Origin: Alphaproteobacteria bacterium
GTDB taxonomy: Bacteria > Pseudomonadota > Alphaproteobacteria > JAVJRE01
Reading direction: 5' to 3'
DNA length: 64,000 nucleotides
Assembly: GCA_040218575.1 (NCBI GenBank)
Contig: JAVJRE010000005.1
Coordinates: 26,419-90,418 of the forward strand
Part shown: positions 57,084 through 64,000 of the stretch, piece after piece
Layout of the letters: every line of letters starts with the position of its first letter
How positions within the stretch are numbered: the stretch's first letter is position 1
Position numbers and translations under genes: made by a program
The notes under the pieces: model-generated
The model's input: the letters and a program-made list of their open reading frames with translations, nothing else
Database searches by the model: none
Told to the model about the DNA's origin: nothing

Positions 57084-57590
57084 TTACTCGGCGGGATTGA
57101 CCACCGTTACCGCCCGACGATTCAGCGCCCATGCAGCCTCGTTGCTGCCGAGAACGGCAGGGCGTTCCTTGCCGAAGCTGATGACGGTCACACGGCTGCC
57201 GTCGACACCCAGCGCAACCAGGAACTCCTTGGCTGAATTGGCACGACGCTCACCCAGTGCGAGGTTGTACTCCCGCGTACCACGCTCGTCCGCATGGCCC
57301 TCGATGGTGACCGTCACAGACGGGTTGCGGGCAAGCCACTGCGCCTGCGCGCGCAGGGCATTCTGGGCCTCGTCCGTCAGGTCGAACTTGTCAAAGGCGA
57401 AATAGACACGGTCGCCAACATTGACAGCCAGGTCCTCTTGCGACCCCGGCACAATGCCAACCGCCGCAGCGACCTGCGGTGCGGCAGCCGCTCCGCCGCC
57501 AGCGTCGGCACCGGCACCCTGATCGCCAGCCGTGGTACATGCGGCCAGCAGAAACAGACCCGCGATAAGGGTAACGACTTTAGTCTTCAT
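57084..57590 (-). CDS. pal: Peptidoglycan-associated lipoprotein
   Basis: Lipobox LLAAC and OmpA-like domain (VTIEGHADERGTREYNLALGERRA). Confidence 0.93.
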   Translation of the reverse strand: MKTKVVTLIAGLFLLAACTTAGDQGAGADAGGGAAAAPQVAAAVGIVPGSQEDLAVNVGDRVYFAFDKFDLTDEAQNALRAQAQWLARNPSVTVTIEGHADERGTREYNLALGERRANSAKEFLVALGVDGSRVTVISFGKERPAVLGSNEAAWALNRRAVTVVNPAE

Positions 57591-57729
57591 CTTACGATAT
57601 CCCCCTCGGCGACATCCGGATGGTAACGGAGCCTGGGTGTCTCCCGGATATACACCGACAGACCCAAAGGCTGCGTGGAGTCGCCGGTGCGCCAGTTGCA
57701 GCTTCCACTTATTCTATACTTTGAGAACC

Positions 57730-59088
57730 CTAAGGAATCAAGGGCGACCAAGCGGGGTCTGAGCCGTCTGACGGCGTCAGAATCTGACGCTCGTTGAACC
57801 CGGTCAGATCAATGGAATGCAGGCGTACCGCCTTGCGCAGGCCCCCGGGATCAACGTCGGTCTCCTTAAAAAAGATCAAAACCCGACCATTGGGGGCCCA
57901 GGTCGGCGCTTCCACCCAGTCGCCCTCCGCCAGCAACCGCTCGCCGCTGCCGTCCGGCGCCATGACGCCGATAAAGGCCCGCCCGCCGGTCAGTTTGGTG
58001 AAAGCGATCAGATCGCCACGCGGCGACCAGACCGGGGTCAGATAGCGCCCCTTGCCGAAGCTGATGCGCCGGGGGTCGTCGCCGTCCGCATCCATTACAT
58101 AGATCTGTGGGGTGCCGCCGCGGTCGGACGTGAAAGTGATCTGGCTGGCGTCCGGTGAATAGCTGGGTGAGGTATCAATCGCCGGGTTCTTGGTCAGGCG
58201 GCGCACCGCCCGGGTGCGCAGATCCATGGTGTAGACCTCCGAATTGCCAGCCGTGGCCAGGCTCATGATCACCTGATTGCCGTTGGGCGAAAAGCGCGGC
58301 GCGAAGGTCATGCCAGGAAAATCACCAAGCAGTTCGCGCTGGCCCGATTCGATATTCAGCAGATAGACGCGCGGCTCATCGTTCTCATAGGACAAGTAGG
58401 TAATCTCCTGAGCCGCCGGTGAAAAGCGTGGCGTCAGCACCAGAAAACTGCCGTCAGTCAGAAAGCGGTGATTGGCACCGTCCTGGTCCATGATGGCCAG
58501 ACGCTTGATCCGGGCATCGCCGGGGCCGGATTCCGATACATAGACGACTCGCGTATCGAAATAGCCCGACTCGCCGGTCAGGCGCTCATAGATCTTGTCG
58601 GAGATAAGGTGGGCCACACGACGCCAGTTCTGCGGCTGGGTGGTGAAACGCTGGCCTTCCATCTGCGTCTCAGCGAAAACGTCCCACAGTCGAAACTCCA
58701 CCTGCAGCGTGCCATCGGCCTGCAGGTCCGCGGCCCCATGGACCAGCCCCTGGGCATTGATGATTCGCCAGTCCCCGAAGCGCGGCCGGGAATTGACGGC
58801 GGTAGCGGTATCGATGAACGATGCCGGGTCGATTGGCCGGAACAGGCCGGAACGCTCCAGATTGGCGCTGATCACCTGACTGATCTCGCGACCGATGCGG
58901 GTTGCGTCGCCGCCCTCGCCCTGAAACGGCACGATGGCAACCGGCACCGGTTCCACCTGGCCGCGAGTGATGTCGATCCTGAGTTCGGCCCGCGCCGGCG
59001 CCGCCAGCAGCACGACCGCAAGCAACATCAGACCGGACAAGAGAACCCCGCGCCGCCAAAGCGGTCGGGTCGGCAGCGTTTCAGTCAT
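57730..59088 (-). CDS. tolB: Tol-Pal system beta-propeller protein TolB
   Basis: Signal peptide ending APARA, repeated PxFSPDG/WSP propeller motifs. The ATG at 59088 overlaps the tolA stop (ATGA). Confidence 0.92.
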   Translation of the reverse strand: MTETLPTRPLWRRGVLLSGLMLLAVVLLAAPARAELRIDITRGQVEPVPVAIVPFQGEGGDATRIGREISQVISANLERSGLFRPIDPASFIDTATAVNSRPRFGDWRIINAQGLVHGAADLQADGTLQVEFRLWDVFAETQMEGQRFTTQPQNWRRVAHLISDKIYERLTGESGYFDTRVVYVSESGPGDARIKRLAIMDQDGANHRFLTDGSFLVLTPRFSPAAQEITYLSYENDEPRVYLLNIESGQRELLGDFPGMTFAPRFSPNGNQVIMSLATAGNSEVYTMDLRTRAVRRLTKNPAIDTSPSYSPDASQITFTSDRGGTPQIYVMDADGDDPRRISFGKGRYLTPVWSPRGDLIAFTKLTGGRAFIGVMAPDGSGERLLAEGDWVEAPTWAPNGRVLIFFKETDVDPGGLRKAVRLHSIDLTGFNERQILTPSDGSDPAWSPLIP

Positions 59089-59936
59089 GAGCGGATCATG
59101 TCCCTTGGATTGAATGACAGAATAAACGACTTCCACTCTTCGTATTTGCCGGCGGGAAGGCGCAGTGGACTGCAGATGTGGACCGCGCGACGGGCGCTTT
59201 CGGCGACGCTGCGATAGAACGGATCCGACATGCGACTGAGACTCTGGATCTCGGCCCGCAGAACTTCGCCGTCAGGATTGACGTCCACCGCCACGTCTAC
59301 CACCATTTCGCCGACCCCGCGGGCGCCAACCGGTACGCTCCAGCAGCCATAGATCTGCTGGCGGATGGCGTCGATCTCGCTGAGGGTCATGCGGGCGCCG
59401 TCACGCACCTGCGGCGGCTGTGGCTCGGTTGCCGCCTGCGCTGCGGCCTGGGGCTCACTCTCTTCGGCCGACTGTGACTGGCGCCGTTCCGTGAGATCGC
59501 GCAGCACCGAGCCGAAATCGAGCCGGTTTTCGTCCGCGGGCCGGCGGCGCACGGCGACAGCCGGGTCGCTCTGGCGCGGCTGCACCTGCGTCTGTTCGGC
59601 CGGCGCGGCCGGCGGCACCGCCGGTACGGGCTCCGGCACTGCCTTCGCCACCTCCAGTGGCGGCGGCGGGGCGACCGCCTGCGGCGGCGAGGGCGGCGGG
59701 CTTGCCGGCTCCGGTGGCGGCGCCTGGGGCGGTGGCTGCGGCCGGCTTACCACTTCCGGTTCCGGCAGCGCCTGCGGCACCCGCCGCGGCGCCTGTGTGA
59801 TCTGATCGATCTCGACCACATCGATGGGGATCACATTAGGCGGCGGCGGCAACGGACGCGCCAGAAACGGCACGCCGAAAATGGCGACAACGCCCAGCAC
59901 CACGTGCGCCGCAATGGATGTGCCCAGTCCGCGCAT
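59085..59936 (-). CDS. tolA: Cell envelope integrity protein TolA
   Basis: N-terminal TM, a long Pro/Ala/Glu-rich linker, a conserved C-terminal domain, and its position in the tolQRAB cluster. Confidence 0.85.
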   Translation of the reverse strand: MRGLGTSIAAHVVLGVVAIFGVPFLARPLPPPPNVIPIDVVEIDQITQAPRRVPQALPEPEVVSRPQPPPQAPPPEPASPPPSPPQAVAPPPPLEVAKAVPEPVPAVPPAAPAEQTQVQPRQSDPAVAVRRRPADENRLDFGSVLRDLTERRQSQSAEESEPQAAAQAATEPQPPQVRDGARMTLSEIDAIRQQIYGCWSVPVGARGVGEMVVDVAVDVNPDGEVLRAEIQSLSRMSDPFYRSVAESARRAVHICSPLRLPAGKYEEWKSFILSFNPRDMIRS

Positions 59937-59945
59937 CGCTATCGG

Positions 59946-60419
59946 TCAGGGCGCGCCGCCCGCCTCCGTATCCGGCACCGCCACCTCGGCCACCAGCGCA
60001 ACGCGAACAAAACCGGCCTGACTGATCAATCCCATAACCTGCATGACCCGCCCATAGTCGATGGCACGGTCACCGCGAACATAGATGCGGGCTTCGGTAT
60101 TCTCTTCCGTCACGGCAAGCAGACGCGGCACCAGTGTCGCGGAGTCGATCTCTGTCTCCTGCAGATAGATGCGCCCCTCCGCATCAACCGAAACGACCAC
60201 GGGTTCCACCGAGTCGGTCAGTGGCCGGGCGTCCGTCCGGGGCAGATCGACCGACACGCCGGCGGTCAGCAATGGCGCCGTGACCATGAACACGATCAGG
60301 AGAACCAGCATTACGTCGACAAACGGCGTGACGTTGATATCGCTCATGGGCCGGTAGGTACGGCGGCGGGACGGACCGGCGGAGCGACCGATGGACCCGC
60401 CAGTGAGATTGCCGGCCAT
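59946..60419 (-). CDS. tolR: TolR (ExbD/TolR family)
   Basis: INVTPFVDVMLVLLIVFMV TM motif and its position after tolQ. Confidence 0.9.
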   Translation of the reverse strand: MAGNLTGGSIGRSAGPSRRRTYRPMSDINVTPFVDVMLVLLIVFMVTAPLLTAGVSVDLPRTDARPLTDSVEPVVVSVDAEGRIYLQETEIDSATLVPRLLAVTEENTEARIYVRGDRAIDYGRVMQVMGLISQAGFVRVALVAEVAVPDTEAGGAP

Positions 60420-60421
60420 GG

Positions 60422-61147
60422 CTACTCTGATTCCTCAATGCGTCGCGACAGAATGGCGCTGAACTCGCTGGTGAAGTCGTCCAGACGCGCCGCATAGCGG
60501 GCAATATCCTGACCCAGCTTGTTGTAGGCGACCACCGCCGGGATGGCGACAGCGAGGCCCAGAGCCGTAGCAAACAGCGCTTCAGCGATACCCGGAGCCA
60601 CGGTCACCAGGGTCGTATTCTGGGTCGCGGCGATGGAACGGAACGAGTTCATGATGCCCCATACCGTGCCGAACAACCCGACAAACGGCGCCACCGATCC
60701 GGCGGTAGCGAGGAAGATCATGTAACGCTCCAGGCGCGACGTCTCCCGCCCCATGGTGGTTTCCATCGAGCGTTCGATACGATTGCGAACCGAGCCCGCC
60801 GCATGGCGCAGCGCCGGACTGTCGAGAGACCGCCGCCACTCACGCATGGCGGCGGAGAATATGCTCGACATGGGTTCGGCCGGCGTCTGGCCTTCGTGCT
60901 CATACAGATCATCAAGCGAGCCGCCGGACCAGAAGCGATCCTCGAAGGCGTCCGTCTGCTGATTGATGCGGCGAAGGCGAAGCCATTTTTCGAAGATGAT
61001 CGCCCACGACCAGATCGAACTGGCGAACAGCAGCAGCAACACCGTCTGCACCACGGGATCAGCCTTCACGATGAGCCCGATGAACGAAAAATCCGCAGCC
61101 CCCACGGATGTCCCGATGGTGACGGATTCGACGACGCTATTTTCCAT
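60422..61147 (-). CDS. tolQ: TolQ (MotA/TolQ/ExbB proton channel)
   Basis: Three TM segments and the GLFGTVWGIMNSF motif. Start reset to the ATG at 61147 with GGAGGAAGG upstream. Confidence 0.92.
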   Translation of the reverse strand: MENSVVESVTIGTSVGAADFSFIGLIVKADPVVQTVLLLLFASSIWSWAIIFEKWLRLRRINQQTDAFEDRFWSGGSLDDLYEHEGQTPAEPMSSIFSAAMREWRRSLDSPALRHAAGSVRNRIERSMETTMGRETSRLERYMIFLATAGSVAPFVGLFGTVWGIMNSFRSIAATQNTTLVTVAPGIAEALFATALGLAVAIPAVVAYNKLGQDIARYAARLDDFTSEFSAILSRRIEESE

Positions 61148-61202
61148 ACCCTGGCCTTCCTCCCCTGTGCTGTATGGCCAATGTCCGTCCTGACAGACGG
61201 GC

Positions 61203-61712
61203 TCAGCCGGCTCCGACCCCGCGGGCAGCGGGTGACCTGACCACGTCTTTTCGACGTGAAAATGGCAAATCCGACTCAAGTTTGGCGAAAGCGGCGCGTA
61301 CCGGGCCCGGTATCCGGGCCGCCCGCCCGTCCCGTACGCAAACGATGGTCACGAACAGTTCAACCAGGGTGAGGGCCTCGCGGCGGATCGTCTGGTTGAG
61401 GTCCAGATGGGCCGGTCCCTGCCCGACCAGGGCGCTTTCCACCGTCAGCACATCGTCCAGATGGGCCGGCCGGTGAAAGTCACAGACGCACCGCCGCACC
61501 GCCAGAGCCAAACCCTGGGTCCGGCGCAGCATCTCCTGCTCGACCCCGAGACTGCGCAGAAACTCTGTCCGCGCCCGCTCCGCATAGCGCAAGTAGTTGG
61601 CGTAATAGACAACGCCGCCGGCGTCGGTGTCTTCGTAATAGACGCGGACGTCGTGGCGATGGCCGCCGCCGGCGCTGCCCTGGCCTGTGGCTGGCCGCCG
61701 GTCAAGGGTCAT
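61203..61712 (-). CDS. ybgC: Tol-Pal-associated acyl-CoA thioesterase YbgC (hotdog fold)
   Basis: [32 protein letters not shown]. The ATG at 61712 overlaps the ruvB end by 11 nt. Confidence 0.85.
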   Translation of the reverse strand: MTLDRRPATGQGSAGGGHRHDVRVYYEDTDAGGVVYYANYLRYAERARTEFLRSLGVEQEMLRRTQGLALAVRRCVCDFHRPAHLDDVLTVESALVGQGPAHLDLNQTIRREALTLVELFVTIVCVRDGRAARIPGPVRAAFAKLESDLPFSRRKDVVRSPAARGVGAG

Positions 61713-62874
61713 GGCTATCCGGGTCCGGCTCATCCAGGTCCGGGTCGGCGCCGGCCAGCAAGCTGAGCTGCGCCGCCGCCGGCGGCGCCAGATCCAGGTG
61801 GCGCCACGCCCCTTCGGACAGGACCCGGCCACGCGGTGTGCGGTGCAGCATCCCCTGCTGCAGCAGGAAGGGCTCAATCACCTCTTCCAGCACGTCACGC
61901 TGTTCCGACAGGGCGGCGGCAATGGTCTCCACGCCGACGGGCCCGCCGCCATAATTCTCAGCGATACACCGCAGATAGCGCCGGTCCATGGCGTCCAGAC
62001 CGCTGCCATCCACCGCCAGCCGCAGCAGCGCCGCGTCGGCCACGCGCGCGGTCACTTCGCTGACCTGATCCACCGCCGCGAAGTCCCGCACCCGGCGCAA
62101 CAGGCGCAGGGCAATGCGCGGTGTGCCGCGGGCGCGGCGGGCGATTTCCGCCGCGCCGTCGTCGCTGATCACCATGTCCAGCAGACCGGCGGCGCGACGC
62201 ACGATGATCTCCAGGTCGCGCGGCGCATAGAAAGACAGGCGAAGCGGTATGCCAAAGCGTTCGCGCAGGGGCGACGCCACCAGGCCGGTGCGGGTGGTGG
62301 CCCCAACCAGTGTGAAGGGCGGCAGGCTGATACGGATGGACCGCGCGCCCGGGCCCTCGCCGATCAGCAGGTCCAGCTCAAAGTCCTCCATGGCCGGATA
62401 AAGGATTTCCTCCACCGCCGGGTTGAGACGGTGGATTTCATCAATGAACAGAACGTCGCGCGGTTCCAGATTGGTGAGAATCGCCGCCAGGTCCCCGGCC
62501 CTGGCCAGAACCGGGCCGGAGGTGGCGCGAAAGCCGGTGCGCAGCTCACGCGAGACAATCTGCGCCAGGGTGGTCTTGCCGAGGCCCGGCGGGCCATAGA
62601 GCAGCACATGATCAAGCGCCTCGTCGCGCTGGCGGGCGGCGGCGATGAAAACGGAGAGGTTGCCACAAAGATCCGGCTGACCGACGAAATCCGCCAGCCG
62701 TTGCGGTCGGAGCCCGCTTTCGACCGTGTCGCCGGTCTGCGGTCCGGCCGCCACATCGCGGCCCGCGCCGCCGGCGCCATCCGTATCGGCGGCGGCCACA
62801 GGGTCGCGCGGCGCGGCGTGGTCCGGACGCTGGCCTGAGCGCTGGTTGGAGCGTCGACCAGAAGGACGGCTCAC
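61702..62874 (-). CDS. ruvB: Holliday junction branch migration DNA helicase RuvB
   Basis: [32 protein letters not shown]. Confidence 0.96.
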   Translation of the reverse strand: MSRPSGRRSNQRSGQRPDHAAPRDPVAAADTDGAGGAGRDVAAGPQTGDTVESGLRPQRLADFVGQPDLCGNLSVFIAAARQRDEALDHVLLYGPPGLGKTTLAQIVSRELRTGFRATSGPVLARAGDLAAILTNLEPRDVLFIDEIHRLNPAVEEILYPAMEDFELDLLIGEGPGARSIRISLPPFTLVGATTRTGLVASPLRERFGIPLRLSFYAPRDLEIIVRRAAGLLDMVISDDGAAEIARRARGTPRIALRLLRRVRDFAAVDQVSEVTARVADAALLRLAVDGSGLDAMDRRYLRCIAENYGGGPVGVETIAAALSEQRDVLEEVIEPFLLQQGMLHRTPRGRVLSEGAWRHLDLAPPAAAQLSLLAGADPDLDEPDPDSHDP

Positions 62875-63494
62875 GATGCCAGCTCCCGCAGGCTCTCGCG
62901 GATCAGGGACTCAAGGGCGGCATCCGGTCCCAGTCGGCGCTCGGCCGCCGCCAGGGCGGCGAAGGCCTCACTGCGGCCGTAGCCCAGATTGGCCAGCACC
63001 GACAAAGCCGATCCGCCGGTCCGGTCATCATCGAACACAGCCGGCGCGGCGCCGTCGGCACCGGCCGCCAAAGCGCCGGACATCAGGGCCAGGGTGGTCG
63101 CCCGGTCCTTCAACTCCGTAGTGATGCGCGCCGCCAGTTTCGGCCCGACGCCATCAGCCGCCGTCAGGGCACGGCGGTCGTCAGCGGCAATGGCCTGCGC
63201 CAGGCGGCGCGGCGGCATGACCGACAGGACCGCCAGGGCCAGCCGACCGCTGACGCCCTGCACCCCGTTCAGCAAACGAAACCAGTCACGCTCCGCCGGT
63301 TCGGCGAACCCATAGAGGCGAATATGGTCCTCGCCCACGTCGGTTTCGATCAGCAGGCTGACCTTACGTCCATGGCCCGGCAACTGGGCCAGCGTCACCG
63401 CCGACGCCTGCACCAGATAGCCAACGCCGGACACATCAATAATGAGGTGATCGCCCCGCACCTCGTCCACCAGTCCGGTAAGCTTGCCGATCAC
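62871..63494 (-). CDS. ruvA: Holliday junction DNA helicase RuvA
   Basis: [12 protein letters not shown]...VSGVGYLV and helix-hairpin-helix region [10 protein letters not shown]. Confidence 0.93.
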   Translation of the reverse strand: MIGKLTGLVDEVRGDHLIIDVSGVGYLVQASAVTLAQLPGHGRKVSLLIETDVGEDHIRLYGFAEPAERDWFRLLNGVQGVSGRLALAVLSVMPPRRLAQAIAADDRRALTAADGVGPKLAARITTELKDRATTLALMSGALAAGADGAAPAVFDDDRTGGSALSVLANLGYGRSEAFAALAAAERRLGPDAALESLIRESLRELAS

Positions 63495-64000
63495 CGGCCG
63501 CGTCCGTTGCCCGCGGCGGCGTGGTAGTTGTCCCAGGTGGCCGTGGTAGCGGCGGCCGTGCTGCCGGCGCCCACCCGCTGCGCGGTGGCCGCCAGATGGG
63601 CATGACAGATGGCCACGGCCAGAGCGTCAGCGGCATCGTGGCTGGCAGGTCGGGCGGTCGGCAGAATGCGCCGGACCATGAGCGCCACCTGATCCTTGGC
63701 GGCATGGCCGACGCCGACGACGGTCTTCTTGACCAGATTGGCGGCATATTCATGAACCGGCAGTCCGGCCGCGGCCGGCGCCATCAGAACCACACCGCGC
63801 GCCTGACCGAGTTTCAGGGCAGAGGCCGGGTTGCGATTGACGAAGGTCTCCTCCACCGCCGCGGTATCCGGCCGGTGATCGGCGATAACCGCCCCCACGC
63901 CGTCAAACAGGGCAACCAGCCGCAGAGCCAGAGAGTCGCCGCCGGACGTGTCGATCACACCACTTGCCATATGGTCGAGGCGGTTGCCGGTGAGAGAAAT
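63491..64000 (-). CDS. ruvC: Crossover junction endodeoxyribonuclease RuvC (N-terminus outside window)
   Basis: The frame continues upstream of the track's Met (…ISLTGNRLDHMASGVI…). AVEETFVN.N..SALKLGQARG and DAADALAVAICHA motifs are present. Confidence 0.88.
   Translation of the reverse strand: MSLTGNRLDHMASGVIDTSGGDSLALRLVALFDGVGAVIADHRPDTAAVEETFVNRNPASALKLGQARGVVLMAPAAAGLPVHEYAANLVKKTVVGVGHAAKDQVALMVRRILPTARPASHDAADALAVAICHAHLAATAQRVGAGSTAAATTATWDNYHAAAGNGRGR

Noticed and set aside
57591-57729. Apparent nested hairpin (ATCCGG...GGAG...CTCC/CCGGAT) in the 139-nt tolB-pal spacer
   Set aside because: The two stems share a nucleotide and need a bulge, so they cannot both form as drawn. Nothing beyond an ordinary spacer with a possible internal pal promoter is supported.
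1-64000. CRISPR arrays, IS elements, prophage or known defence-system genes
   Set aside because: None were seen. The only repeats found are the urocanase gene duplication, the internal DUF924 duplication, and short intergenic repeats reported separately.

Overview
The window is a 64 kb stretch of high-GC chromosome (about 65-68% by eye). Gene content and synteny look alphaproteobacterial, probably Rhodospirillales-like: ALA-synthase hemA, rpoH, xseB-ispA-dxs, and ruvCAB-ybgC-tolQRAB-pal-ybgF-tilS-ftsH-folP-glmM-thiD. It is densely coding. I call about 65 CDSs and one tRNA-Glu(CUC). I saw no rRNA, CRISPR array, transposase, integrase or phage genes. All calls come from reading the translated ORFs against remembered family motifs; no database search was possible. 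Many ORFs in the track carry spurious 5' extensions or are antisense shadows typical of GC-rich DNA, so I re-set starts using RBS context, ATGA/GTGA stop-start overlaps and family-typical N-termini. Most of the window is housekeeping. The non-housekeeping part is about 22.8-32.4 kb. It holds a tandem pair of divergent urocanase-family genes with no other hut genes. After them come a terminator and a TetR regulator with two matching palindromic operator candidates, then an ABM monooxygenase and a SAM methyltransferase. Convergent to these is a translationally coupled operon of a DOPA-4,5-dioxygenase-family protein plus three DUF924 modules. Other loci worth a look: a degenerate protein-kinase-like (pseudokinase) gene coupled to a 4-TM membrane protein (42.6-45.1 kb); a threonine-synthase-like PLP enzyme overlapping an APH-fold/P-loop double kinase (34.0-36.8 kb); a possible micro-lipoprotein gene; and a 12-bp tandem duplication carrying sigma-32-like -10 boxes upstream of ftsH. 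I cannot show that any of these is truly undescribed, and the functional ideas are hypotheses.
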